Shown: in pieces, positions 38,876-51,490 of the stretch
How the letters are laid out: each line of letters begins with the position of its first letter
How positions within the stretch are numbered: the first letter of the stretch is position 1
NCBI GenBank assembly: GCA_028534125.1
Contig: CM052817.1
Span: 46,874,001-46,938,000 of the forward strand
Reading direction: 5' to 3'
Origin: Lama glama
Lineage: Eukaryota
Length of the DNA stretch: 64,000 nucleotides
Made by a program: the position numbers and the translations under genes
The notes under the pieces: generated by a model
Told to the model about the DNA's origin: nothing
Database searches by the model: none
Seen by the model: the letters and a program-made list of their open reading frames with translations, nothing else

Positions 38876-39527
38876 CAGTTAGTTTTCATCGAAATTCCAT
38901 TTTTGCAAATTCACCTACTTGATAAAATTTATTTATACCCCCAAATGTGTACTTACAACGCTTTCTAAATCTTCTCATAGAAATGCACAGAATGATGGAA
39001 ATTTTGAGTTGTTGTACGTGCATGTTTTCTACTCTGGTGGAATAAGGTGATGCTCTCTGCCTTCTTGTGGTAGCTCTCATACTGTAAACAAGTGTCCTTT
39101 TCATGATCTACTTAGTACCACTTTTTCCACTTTTTGGTGCCTTTTTTTAGGTGATTTCACTGTTGAAAATGGCCCTCAGGTATAATGCTGAAGTGCTACC
39201 TAGTGTTCCTAAATGTGAGAAGGCTGTGTGGTGTGCCTTGTGGAGAAAATCCATATATTGAATAAGCTGCTTTGGCATGAGTTAAAGTGCTGTTGTCAGT
39301 GAATTCAATGTTAATGAATCAATGATATACTAAATAAGATTATTTTTTAACAAAAACACACATAAAACAAGCTTATGTATTGACTGGTTGATGCAAAATG
39401 CTGTGGCCAGAAGTTCACAGGCACCTAGTCCTATTTTTCCCCTTAGAGCAATGGTGAAGTATTCTTTAATTCAGTATTCTCAGTGACTTTACGGAACATA
39501 ACTACCATGAATAACAAGAGTTGATTG
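38876..39527 (-). mobile_element. TcMar-Tigger element (MER82-like)
   Basis: TA-flanked on both sides (38874-38875, 39528-39529); cagtt...gattg termini; ~650 bp. Confidence 0.72.
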
Positions 39528-40449
39528 TATATAATTGCCCCACTTTTTTGTCATAGACTGTTAAAACCCTGTAAAGTGGATTATCATTATATTGTCTTCA
39601 TAGGAGTACTGTTTTAATTAGAGTTTATGTACATAATCAGATTTAGTACCATAATATATAACATGCCTTAAATATAAGGGAATAGTAACTAAATCTCCAT
39701 AATCATTTAAAATTACCATATTTTCTTAACTTTTCTAAAGTACACATAAATATATGGTGAACATTAATTGTTCATGGCTTGAACACCCTGAACTAGTGCT
39801 AAATATTATTGTACATGCAAGACATGTAAATTGATATTTTATTATAGCATAAAACTGACCTACTGCTGTTTGGTAATCCTGTCAGTAAAAATAACATAGT
39901 ATTTAATATTTGAAGGACTTATAGTTAAGTTTGACTTCTGTCCTGGGAAAAATTCTAGAATGGATTATTAAAGGGATCTTGACCAAATACAGGTGAAAAT
40001 GTAGTAGGGACACATGCAAGGTTCTGTCCTTGAATATAAGAAACTGTATGAAATAGTAGTGATATAATTTAGTATTTGCCTAAAATTTGATATTGCTATA
40101 GAAGTTTACATGAGGGAAATGAGGATTGAGAAATTATTTGAAAGCATGTCATAAGAGGAACAGGGGATGTTTCTCCTGAAGATGAGAAGACTCGAGTTGA
40201 ATACAAGATGGTATTTGTTTTCTTTGGTGCTAAGAGGCAGAACCAGTAAAGATGCTACATGAAAGTAGATTTCAGCTTAAAGGAGCTACTTTTAGAGGTA
40301 GTGTTCCTTTTTATAGGATGCTAATAGTTGCTTCATTTTACTCATTTCAGAATTTATTCCCATTTTTTGGTCTGTTTTCTTCACAGTAACTAGTAAGCCA
40401 GGCTCTCCCACCCCTTCTTTCTCTCGCACTTCTCTCCCTCCCTCTTTTA

Positions 40450-41070
40450 TTTACTTTTTTAAATGAAAATTTCACACACAAACCTAGAGAGTCTAGCACA
40501 ATGAACCCTTGGCGTATCCATCATCCAGCTTCAACAGCTATTAATGTATGTACAGTTTTATTTCATCTTAAGTCATTACCACCATGCTGAAATTTTTTTT
40601 TAGAAAGAAATATAATATTGTTGCACATCCAAAGAAAGAAAATAATAGTAATTCTTTAATACTGCCAAATCATCCTGTCAGTGTTGAGATTTTCCCAGTT
40701 GTTTCATAATGATCTTTTGTAATGACTTGTTTGAATTAGGATCCAAACACGTTTTATATAGTTTTGAAATTATTTTTCTTAAGTGTCTTTTAATTTTAAC
40801 AGTTCCTTTTTGTTCTCTCTCTCTCTCTTTTTTTTAAACATATTTGTTGAAGAAACTGAGTCATTTGTCCCATTTTATGGACTTTGCTAGTTGCACCTCT
40901 GTATGTTGTATTTCCTGTAAATCAGTATTCAGATTCAAATATCTGACCAGATTCAACTTCATTTTGTTTTTGGCAAGAATATTTATTCATGGATAAATAT
41001 TTCCTTGTGTACCACATAGGTGCTCTCGTTGTTTCTCTTTTTATGATATTGCAATTGATCATGGCTTAGG
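40450..41070 (-). mobile_element. Old L1 3' end remnant (L1MC/ME-type)
   Basis: aatgaaccct...ccatcatccagcttcaacagctattaa, gtttgaattaggatccaaac and ttgaagaaactgagtcatttgtcc motifs. Confidence 0.6.
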
Positions 41071-41507
41071 TGTCTCCAAAAAGGATGTAGAGGTTTTGGA
41101 GACCTTGTCTGAAAATGCCTTTTGTACTGTCCTCATACCTGATAGCTTGACTAGTTATAGAATTCTAGTTTAAAAATCGCTTTATTTCAGACTTTTAAAG
41201 TTACTGCTCCTTGTCTTCTGGTTTTGTGGTTCAAAAATTTGACACTAACCTTATTTCTGATATCCTGTCTCTGTTACTGTTCTTTACTCATCTTCCTTTG
41301 TAGTGTAAGAATTTTTGGCATTTTAAAATTTTGCTCTCATTTTGAGAACTTTTTGGCTGTCTTTCACATTTAATACATTCTTCAGATGTCTGATGAACAC
41401 TAAGTTTTATTTGTAGTCAATAGCAATGCCTTTAAAAACTAAATTGGAAGATAACATGTGTGTTTTGTCAACTGGTGGATTTCACTTTAAAGTATTTATT
41501 ATATATT

Positions 41508-42122
41508 ATATAATTAGTTTCCTATTACAGCATAGCAATTTATTATAAACAAAACAGTATTATACAACACCCGTTTACTATCTCTTAGTTTCTGTAGATA
41601 AGACATCTGGTCATGTAGTGTGGCTACATTCACTTGTTCAGGGTCTCATGGGCTGAAATCAAGGTGTTATCTAAGCTGAGTTGTCATCTATAGGCTGTGG
41701 GAGAAAATCCACTCCAAGTTTATTATTGCTGGTAACAGAATTCAGTTCCTTAGAATTGTAGGACTGAGATCCTGATTTCCGTACAGACTGTCAGCTGGGG
41801 CTGCTCTCATATCTTTGAGGTTGCCCACATTCTTTGACATGTGGCTCCTCTTCATATCAGCATCCCGTGTGGAATCCTTGTGCTTTGAATCACTGGCTTC
41901 CTTTCCTCCAGTCAGCCAAAGAAATCTCTCTACACTTCCTGGGCTCATGTGATAAGGTCAGGCCCACCTAGATAATCTTCCTGTCTTCAGGTCAACTGTG
42001 CCATATAATACAACCTAATCATGGTGATAAAATCTATCAAACATACAGTTGCAGAGACTATACAGAGTGTGCACACCAGAGCTGGGTAATGTTGGGAACA
42101 TTTTAGAATTCCTAGTATACCA
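41508..42122 (-). mobile_element. MaLR LTR (MLT1D/E-like)
   Basis: ttagtttccta...gggctgaaatcaaggtgt...agaattcagttccttagaattgtaggactgag...gcccacctagataatc...ttttagaattc. Confidence 0.75.
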
Positions 42123-43618
42123 GTGATTGGACAGAAACCCCTCCATTTCTTTGAGGGCCCCCAAATGTCAATATCTTTAAGTCTTTTCTCTGTGGCTGTT
42201 CAGTTTCTGAAGAGACACAAATACCTGTTTTTGTCTAGTCAATTATCAACCTGGCTGCCAGCTTTTTGGGAGCTGAGAGTAGAAAGGGGGCTAAGGATGT
42301 CACTGTTTATCATGCATATGTTAACTTAATCCTAGTTTTCAATTTAGTATCATCTCTGCCTCATCTATACGCAATGTCTGTTAGCTCAGGGCCTTTCTGG
42401 GTAGGTTCTATAGAGAGTAGTCATTTGGCTGTGAAGTTTGCAGATGGAGTCTTCAGTGTCTAACTGCTCCTTGCAGGTGTTCAGCCAGTCTCTATTTTCC
42501 AACCCAAGCCTCACCCCTGAACCTGGAACCATATATAACTCCTGAGTCCTATTGGGCCTATCACCTTGTCTCTCTTTGATATCTGTGTTTCTGTTTATTC
42601 TGTTCTGCTAAGTCAGGTGTATCTCCTCTTTACTTGTCTTCACAAATATTAGCTTGGATTTACAAATTTCTTCTAGTTTTATCAAAGATGGAGTTCCTGC
42701 TATATTTTAGTTCTCCTTTGAGTAAATTCTAAGAAGAAAAAAGGGAAAATAATTATCTTTAAATGATCTTGGAATCAGAAATCTAGATAATCTTTTAATG
42801 CATCTTTTCTCTGAACTTATGTGGTTCTTTTGTTTAACTGATTAAATGTCATAACTTGGAAAGAATAATCTGGTCATCACATATCTTTTCTATTATTTAT
42901 TTGACCTTCACTGATTGGATAAGACCAGTAAAAAAAAGGATCACCATGATCCAGAGTAGCTAGAAGAAATTAATTTTCAATCACTGTTTATTCATTTGAA
43001 AAATTACTAAGTGTTTCTTAAGCTACTTCCTAGTTATTTTTACTAAAATCGTTATCTTTACTTATGAAGATATGAAAAGTTCTTAAAAATTTAATATGAA
43101 ATACTGATCTGAGTTGGCTAAAATATTGGAGCTAATTCTCTCACGTGAAAATGTATTTGTCATTTTGGGCTCAATAATGTTAGCGTACTTAACTAACCAC
43201 AGTTATCTCATTGACTAAATAATACTATAGCAGATTCAGACTACAGTTAACTTTTACTATTAGTGACACAAATTATATAGTAGGTATTAGTCTTATGAGA
43301 CCAAGACTGTTTTTTATCCTTTGTACATCTTGATTGTAGCAGACACTAAATTTGACTGCTCTGAACATTTGTTATACCTAAAATCAGAAAGTCATCCTGC
43401 CAAATTTATTTTTGGTTCCATAACATGTAACATTTCATATCTTGGATTTTTCAGAAAGAAAAGCAAACACATAGAAACTTTATTTTTATAAACTTAAAAC
43501 ACAAACTTATATGATATTATTAAGTCCTTCTGCTATTAAAAGGAATCTGTACAGATGTTAATTATCATAATTTGAGAGATCTTTTTGGTCTTAAGTTAGT
43601 TTGTTTTAAAACCTGTAA

Positions 43619-43770
43619 TAGTGTTTCTTAAACTTTAATGTGCATTTAAATCACTTGGGGATCTTTTTTAAAAATACAGTAAATTTGGGGCCCTGAGATT
43701 CTACATTTCTAACAAACTCCCAAGTGACAGCAGTGCTTCTAGTTTATGAACCACATGTTGATTAGCAGGG
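43619..43770 (+). mobile_element. MER5A-like hAT MITE
   Basis: agtgtttcttaaacttt...gggccctgagattctacatttctaacaaactcccaagtga...accacatgttgattagcaggg; flanks acctgtaa/ttctgtaa resemble a decayed 8 bp TSD. Confidence 0.75.
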
Positions 43771-43814
43771 TTCTGTAATATCCTATCATTAGATGTTCTA
43801 TCTTCAAGTTAAAG

Positions 43815-43984
43815 CAAAGATTCTTAATCCTGGCTGTGCATCAGAATCTCCTTAGAGTCTTTAAAATGTGTAGATATCTAGGGCTCACTTTTACTTGCTG
43901 AATTGCATCTTTAGGTATAGGAGAGCTCAGCCTCTCTATTTTTGAAAGTCTCCATTGACGGACAGACTGGATTAAGTACCACTG
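43815..43984. mobile_element. MER5-family hAT MITE remnant
   Basis: ttcttaatcctggctgtgcatcagaatc...ggattaagtaccactg. Confidence 0.6.
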
Positions 43985-44773
43985 AGAATAATAAAGGTTA
44001 GAGATAAGCTTGCTTTATAGTGATATCTAGAATAGCAGCAAGTTATGTTTCATGTACATGGTAACTAACCATTTCCGCTTTTGAAATTTTTTTATTTTGC
44101 TATTCTGAATGTTTTTAAATACAGTGCTTTTAGATATGATTTTGGGTATATGATAAGTTGTAGTCATAATTTGAAGCAAATAGGTACTCATAGATAGGTT
44201 ATCTTATATATAGCCTATAAAGTCTTACCTGGCCATTTTTGGTTACAAGTGGTAGTAGCCCAACTAAACATTCTTAAATGAAAGTGAGCATTTGCCAAAA
44301 GTACATGGATGGTGCTGGCTTCTGGCACTGCTAGTGTCAGTGAGTCAAATATAACTGTCAGAACTGTCCCCTTTCTATTTCTCTGTTCTCTTCTGTGTTG
44401 ACTTATTTTGGGTAGTCTTTTTCTTTTTGTGGTGATAAAAGTGGCAAAATAGCTCATGACTCACATCTTAGCAATTTAGCAACCCTCGAACATAGGTTCT
44501 TCTCGCAAATGTATGGCAGAAGTCTGAGTGAGGACACGCAGTTGACCCATTTTAGAACCAGAGAATCACAGGGTCAAGCACTTATGGACCACATGGAAAG
44601 AATAAGATTATTAGAGAATTGTGAAACAGTCATTTCCCAAAAGATTATGACCAGATAATATGTATGTCCAGTGTTATCATTTGAAGGTTAACATAAATTG
44701 AGTTAAGTAACTTGAATTTTGCTTTATTTCTCCCTTTGGGTATATCCAAATTGGTGTGAAAATAATATAATAG

Positions 44774-44930
44774 GAATAGGCAAATTATCTACGGCTGATG
44801 GTAAAGCCTTTGCAGATCCTGAAGTGCTTCGGAGGTTGACATCATCTGTTAGTTGTGCGTTGGATGAAGCTGCTGCTGCACTTACCCGTATGAGAGCTGA
44901 AAGCACAGCAAATGCAGGGCAGTCGGACAA
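44774..44930 (+). CDS. ANKRD17: ANKRD17 exon 3 (157 nt): (G)IGKLSTADGKAFADPEVLRRLTSSVSCALDEAAAALTRMRAESTANAGQSD(N)
   Basis: Acceptor aatag|GA, donor CAA|gtaagt; phase 1 start matches exon 2 end. Confidence 0.94.
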
Positions 44931-44984
44931 GTAAGTATGTTTTCACTGTGATCGATAGAAAAACATTTTCTTAAAAATAATAAA

Positions 44985-45190
44985 AATAGCTAAGCATATA
45001 TTTTGTGCCGGGTACTATACTAACGACTTTACATGTGATACCTTGTTTATACTCACAAAAAGCCTTAGCATGGATTTTGTTTTTATTCCCATTTTACTAA
45101 TGAAAAGCTGAAAAGAAGTGACTTAATCAAATAGGCGACAAGTAGCAGTGCTGGGACACCAGTGTCTGTCTGACTACAAGGCCACTATGT
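44985..45190 (-). mobile_element. MIR SINE remnant
   Basis: ttattcccattttactaatgaaaagctga...agtgactt core motif. Confidence 0.6.
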
Positions 45191-45672
45191 TATGAAGGAC
45201 TTTTTGCTTATTTAGGTTTTGTTTTCTTTAAATGTTTAGGTGACAAAGAAGTAAATGACTTTTAATTAGTCATGGCATTTTCTAATTCATGTGCATAGTT
45301 CTGACCATTTTAAAAGGCAAGGTTTTTATTTGTTTGTTTTATGAATGTTAAAAAAAAAGTCATAGATCTAGTTTCCATAACTTGAATGTAAGTGAGTTCC
45401 AGAGACTTTATTTTTGTATGTCCTACAATTCCTTTTATATAATATTTTATGGTTAATAAGGGCTCAATAAATATTTTGTGACTTGACCTTTTAAGTTTTT
45501 CTGATGATGTTATGCAATAAAAATCACACCATCTCATATGTAAAACAGTTATGAATAGTATAGTGAAAAATATGCCAAGAAAGCAGCTGGAAAAGAATCA
45601 TTAGTATATACTAATTTCTTCACTCCTCAGAGGCTTTTTTTTTCTCTAGCTAAAAAGAAGCCATTTTATTTA

Positions 45673-45919
45673 CAGTTGACCCTTGAACAACACAGATCTG
45701 AATTGCATAGGTCTACTTATACACATTTTTTCACTAGTAAATATTTCATTGCTACACAGTCTGTGATTGGTTGAATCCAAGGAGGCAGAAACACGGATAT
45801 AGAGGAACCACAGATATGGAGGAACCCCCATGTATGGAGGGCTGACTAAGTTATTTGCAGATTTTCAATTGAATGGAATATGGATACCCTTTACCTTTGT
45901 GTTGTTCAAGGACCAAATG
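45673..45919 (+). mobile_element. MER8-like Tigger MITE
   Basis: TIRs cagttgacccttgaacaacac ... gtgttgttcaaggaccaaatg; TA on both flanks. Confidence 0.85.
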
Positions 45920-46799
45920 TATTTCAGCAGTTGCTTTTAAATAGAAAATTGGAGTATTCTTTCATGTATGAGTTTACAGAATAAAAAATAGCATTCAAAA
46001 ATTGTCTTTTGTATAATTAATGTTTCTATATAACATTTTTAAGACCATAAAAGAGAGGTTTATATCATTGCAGGAGTATGAATTTGCTGTTTCCTTTGGC
46101 TCTGTGTTCATCTTCATTCATCTGACTTTCTGTGTTTTTATGAATTTATTTTACCATTCTTCTCATAGATTGACTCTCCTTTTAACTTGTTTTATTCCTT
46201 AAAGTTCAGTTTAACTAGCCTACAATATTATTGATATTCTCCAGATATTTTTTAATGTGGTGCCTTTTGAGACTGGCAAGAGAGAAAATCATAAACACCT
46301 TGAAGAGTATATTAAAGCTAGTTCAAGTGGGAAATAGAATAGGAAAATAAAGATGATAGATTCTTTGGCATTGAAAATACTAGAGGTGATCAGCAAAATA
46401 GCAGAGCGTGTTTATGACTCATATTTGTTCAGCAAAACTTGAGAAACAATAGAGTACAGTGAGTGCTATGTGCCAGATTTTACATTAGTTAAGTGTGGTG
46501 CCATGTGCCAGATTTAACATAACCTTTGCTCACAAGTTCTGAAGTTCAGCTGTTGCTAGAGTAGTTCCTGAAAGGATATTTTGAAGCTAATACACATACG
46601 GAAATTGAATGAAAGTTCAAATGGAAAAATAGAGGAGGGTATGTGCCTGAGGGAGAGAGAGAATGAAAAAGCACTTGAAAGGGAGGAAAAGTATGTTCTT
46701 ATATGGGAAATGTGGAAAGGATTTGTCTTAAACTTACTAAAAGGTGATAAAGAACAATGGGTCTAAAGACTATCAGTGCCTGTAAAATCGGCTATTAAG

Positions 46800-47530
46800 A
46801 GACAAAGTACTGAGTGCTGTTTGAGACGTTCACTTTAGTAGGGGGACAGTACAGTTATTAACAAGTAGGTAGAAATATATAGTATGCCATACAATGATAA
46901 TGATTATGGGCAGAAAAAATTGAATGGAGAAGTGCTAAGGCAGTGTTTGGGATTGGAGATCATGTTGCATTTTTAATACGGTGGTAGAATTATATATTTA
47001 ATATCTACATATCACTTAAAAGGTGGCTTTTTAGCAGACCTGAAATAGATAAGGCAGTGAGTTGTGCCTGAGAGAGAAGCTGTCTTGTCAGAGGAACAGC
47101 TGATACATAAATCTTGCAGTTGCAGCTTTAATTAGCATTTTTAATGAAAAACAGAAAAGCCAATTTGGCTAAAGTGGAAAGAGTAAGAATAGTGGAAGAG
47201 TAAGTGATGAAAACAGAGCTAAAAGGAGGAGTACGGGATCCTACCATTGGACAGCTCTTATAAGGATTTTGGTTTTTATTGTGAATGAAATTAGAGGCCA
47301 ATAGAGTATTCTGAAGAGAGGAGTGACGTGGTCTACTTTCTTTTTAACAGGCTCTCTCTGGCTGCTTCTTTGAAAAGAGCCTGAAGGACAGCAAGGGTAG
47401 AAGCAGGGAGACTGCTTAGGAGACTGCCATAATCTGGGCTAAAGATGATATTCTGAATCTGGTTGGTAGAGTATAGAAAAGAGGTATCCATGAATACCTT
47501 TAGTACCTGAAGTGACAGGGCCATGTTTTA
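46800..47530 (-). mobile_element. LINE-2 remnant
   Basis: taaggattttggtttttatt...gctctctctggctgct...gcaagggtagaagcagggagact motifs. Confidence 0.65.
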
Positions 47531-47598
47531 AGAGGAGGATGTAAGAACTGAGGTATATTTGAAATGAAAAGAATATTAATTAAGAGAACTGGATTTAG

Positions 47599-47744
47599 GA
47601 GGAAGGGCGTAGTAGCTCAGTGGTAGAGTGCGTGCCTAGCATTCATGAGGTCCTGGATTCAACTCCAGTACCTCCAGTAAAAATAAATAAATAAACCTGA
47701 TTACCTCCCTCACCAAAAAACCAAATAAGCAACAAAAGAAAAGA
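47599..47744 (+). mobile_element. tRNA-Ala-derived SINE (long form with 3' extension)
   Basis: tagctcagtggtagagtgcgtgcctagc...cagtacctccag, then aaataaacctgattacctccc and an A-rich tail; 14 bp TSD agaactggatttag at 47585-47598 and 47745-47758. Confidence 0.93.
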
Positions 47745-48499
47745 AGAACTGGATTTAGTGTTTTGCTAAGAATGAATTTTATCCCAAAGTGAAAGAATCT
47801 TTAGAAATGTCCATAGTTGAAATTCTTTTGGGAGGTTTACAGGGCAAACACTTTATTCTCAGTCTAATTTTCTGTTGTTTCACCACTTTTCCCACTCTCC
47901 TTTTGCTTGAATTAAGCCTTTGCCTTACCTGGATATTTTTCATACTTTCCCAGAACATGATGGCATAAGTAAATACTTCAAAGAAAGAATCTCCTTATCA
48001 GTTATTCATATATCAGTCAAAATTGCATGCTCACAACTTTTCTGTCTCATTTCCCTTTACTTGATTGAAGGGCCCAGATGGGCATTTATAATTAGTACAA
48101 GGTTTACCCATTTTATCAAGTTTATAGAAATTTTCAAGTTACCGAACAAACAGAAGTGTAATTAAAACTTGAATTTTCTTCATGTGGTTTTCTATACGAT
48201 TTTGTTTTAAAATTTTGGTTTTTTTTCCCCACTTATATATAGTAAATTGGACTTTATCTTTCAGTTGCATGTCTGAAAACATTTTGTAATATTGATCATT
48301 TTAATTCAGTGACTTTTATATGTAGAGTTTTAAAACTCAGTGAACTGAATTGTTACATTTTCGTTTTGTTATGAATAATGCTGAAATAATTTTTCTCATT
48401 TAGCACTGCTCTCCAGATTAACTTCAAAAATCAATACTTATGCTGGGCAGTTTTTTAATATTTTTATATCCTGATATTACAATATTCTTTCCCTAATAG

Positions 48500-48647
48500 C
48501 CGCAGTTTGGCAGAAGCCTGTTCAGAAGGAGATGTAAATGCTGTGCGAAAGTTACTGATTGAAGGGCGAAGTGTAAATGAACACACCGAGGAAGGGGAGA
48601 GCCTCCTTTGTTTAGCTTGTTCTGCTGGATATTATGAGCTTGCACAG
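48500..48647 (+). CDS. ANKRD17: ANKRD17 exon 4 (148 nt), first ankyrin repeats: RSLAEACSEGDVNAVRKLL...CSAGYYELAQ
   Basis: Acceptor ctaatag|C, donor CAG|gtttgt; phase 2 start matches exon 3. Confidence 0.94.
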
Positions 48648-48904
48648 GTTTGTGTTATCAAAATAAAGCTCACAGTTTTTTTTTTTTTTTGCTTTGTTTT
48701 ATCTTAATCTGTCTTAAGGAAATAATAAAATAAAACCAGGTATCAGGCTCATTTCAACAAGTAGTTTAGTCAGATACATTTTGTGTTTATTGGCTCTTTT
48801 ACTATAGTATGACAAGGTAGGTGTTTACATAAATATGTATATATAATAAATGTTGATGATACCATTTTCTGATGCCCTTCCCTTTAAAATTTCTCTTTCA
48901 TAAG

Positions 48905-49052
48905 GTTTTGTTGGCAATGCATGCAAATGTGGAAGATAGGGGAATCAAAGGTGACATTACACCTTTAATGGCTGCTGCTAATGGAGGACATGTCAAAATT
49001 GTGAAGTTGCTGCTAGCTCATAAAGCTGATGTCAATGCACAGTCTTCAACAG
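48905..49052 (+). CDS. ANKRD17: ANKRD17 exon 5 (148 nt): VLLAMHANVEDRGIKGDITPLMAAANGGHVKIVKLLLAHKADVNAQSST(G)
   Basis: Acceptor ctttcataag|G, donor CAG|gttatg; ankyrin TPLxxA motif. Confidence 0.95.
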
Positions 49053-50184
49053 GTTATGTATATTTCTTTTTCAGTTTTTAAATATGAACACCTTTTGGTA
49101 GTAATTAGTTCACATGAAAGTGATAATTAGTGATGCTTTTGCAATTATCGATGCTGCACATTTGTGTAAGTCTGTGCATTGGGTTTAAAGTATATGGAAT
49201 GTATTTTGAATTGACATTTCTCCTGTTTTGCATGTGAGGACAATTACTTGGCTTTGGTCCTTTTGTATTAAACACTGGCCCAATGAGAAGGACCATCCTC
49301 TTGAAAGTAGATAAGTGTAAGCTACAGCTCTTGAACCCAGGTTTCTTATTTATCAGTGGAGAAGGTAAGGGAAGATAGGGAGAATAAGAAGGATATGTAA
49401 CAAAAGGCAAGTGTTATTAAATTGTGGCCTGCAGAAGAATAAAGTATTATGAAAAATTGTGTCTTACAAGGGACATGTTAGTCTAAACCAATTTATTTTT
49501 CTTTCAAACTTGGACATAGATTTGTATAAAAGCTCTAAAATATATGAAAATATAGTTTGTGCATTTCCTTCATGTAAGACTTTCAAATTTACTTCATATT
49601 TTAAATAATTTTAAAGGTCTGCAGGTTCTAGTTTAAGTGGGTTTTTAGAAATTCTTATTTTTACCCAGAAGTTTACTTTATTTCTCCCTGTAACATGGGA
49701 GATGTTTAAGGGAATGTTTTTGAAATTATTTTAATTTTGATCAGTTAACTGTTGTTTAAACTTGTAGTAAAAACAAATATGTAATTAAAAGGAACAACAG
49801 TATGAGGTATATGTATATATGATGAATAATTACAATCCTAAAAAAAAAAGCTTGGGAAACATTTCTCTGATTAAAGTTAGAATGAACATAACTTTTCTCT
49901 CATATGGAAAGTTAGCTTCAGAATTGCTCAGTGTTTTTTATAGCTCTACAGTTGTGATAAGTGTATCTGATTTTCCATATGTGTTTGACCCTGATTTTAA
50001 ATTGAAAGAATAGGGAGTTGATTTCAGTAAGATTAAATGCAATGAAGAAAAGAATTATATAAAAATATCTACATTTATTAAGGTTATAGTCTCCCATTTC
50101 AGTTTTTTTCTTGATGGTATAAATAAACCTCTGTTTTATTTTGGTATCTTATGTTAATGTCTTTGTTTTTCCTCATTAAAATAG

Positions 50185-50418
50185 GCAACACAGCACTTAC
50201 ATATGCTTGTGCTGGAGGTTATGTAGATGTTGTAAAGGTGCTCTTGGAATCCGGTGCTAGTATTGAGGACCATAATGAAAATGGTCATACTCCTCTTATG
50301 GAAGCTGGAAGTGCTGGACATGTGGAAGTAGCTAGACTGCTGCTAGAAAATGGGGCTGGCATTAATACGCATTCCAATGAATTTAAAGAGAGTGCCCTTA
50401 CATTAGCTTGTTACAAAG
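50185..50418 (+). CDS. ANKRD17: ANKRD17 exon 6 (234 nt): (G)NTALTYACAGGYVDVVKVLL...ESALTLACYK(G)
   Basis: Acceptor aaatag|GC, donor AAG|gtaccg; ankyrin repeats. Confidence 0.95.
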
Positions 50419-51344
50419 GTACCGTACAATAAATTTTTTTAAAGTTTTTAAAGTCATGAAATGAGAGTTACTTTATATAGTATGGTTTTTCACTTAAAAA
50501 GTAAAATTAAAATGTGGTAATAGTATGTTTAGTGTTTAAAGTATTAGTGTTTAAAGTGTTTCAGTTTGAAAAAGTTTAACATGTAAAATTTATATATTAA
50601 ACTTATAAAATATACACTCAGTGTTATGAATATTGTCAATGAAAAATGAATGTCGATCCAGTTTTATTAGAAACAGTTATTTAATTTTAATATTCACTAT
50701 ATATTTTAATGGTTTCACTTGTTGGAATATTTTGCTTGGTTCACACAAACAAATCCTATTGATTCCAGAAGTATTTAGCCTGTGAGTTTAAAGTAAATGC
50801 AATAAAAGCCAGAATGATCTCTTAACAAGAAGATGTTTAGCTATTTCTGATAATACCAAGAAGGAGAAAAATTGAAGAAAGGATATATGAGAAGAAAAAT
50901 GAAAATGATGGGGAAGTTTGTATTCAAAAGAACAATTTTAGAGTATTATCAGCATGTTTAATAAAGTTAGAAGAGCTGGTTGACACTGAGAACACCTACC
51001 CATATATAGCTGTACTAAGGGGGTACATGGTGTTTTAAATGATGTCACCCCACCTGAAAATACAGAAAAATATCTTCTTTTGGAAGGACAAGGTAACTGT
51101 CTGAAAAGATGCTTTGTCTTCAGCTAATTAATGCCCTAGATTATAGATTCTATAAAGATAGTCACAGAGCCAGTTTTCGGACTCAACCTTTATGACAGAT
51201 AATGGCTTTAAACTAAGAAACTTTTTAAAAAGCAAATTGCGTAAAATTTTATGTCTGCATAGCCATTCAGTTTAGCATTTCCTAAGATCTGCAGCTGAGT
51301 CACGTTTGTATCATAAAATAAATGATAAGTTTTTGACCCTGAGG

Positions 51345-51490
51345 CATCAATAAAAAGCTCTTGCAAGGCAGGGTACAATATTTAAGGAGGCGCTCACTCT
51401 CAGTGGCTGAATCTTTATATACAGAAGCTTGTAAGTGAGTATCTCCTTAAATTTTGCACCCAGGGCTTTGATTCCCTCATCCTGGTGTTG
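51345..51490. mobile_element. Palindromic hAT MITE (MER96-like)
   Basis: Inverted arms gggtacaatatttaaggaggcgctcact (51371-51398) and agtgagtatctccttaaattttgcaccc (51434-51461); family name from memory. Confidence 0.6.

Noticed and set aside
38501..44930. Antisense ORFs opposite exons 2 and 3 (38501..38692, 44724..44930)
   Set aside because: Shadow ORFs of real coding exons, with no independent support.
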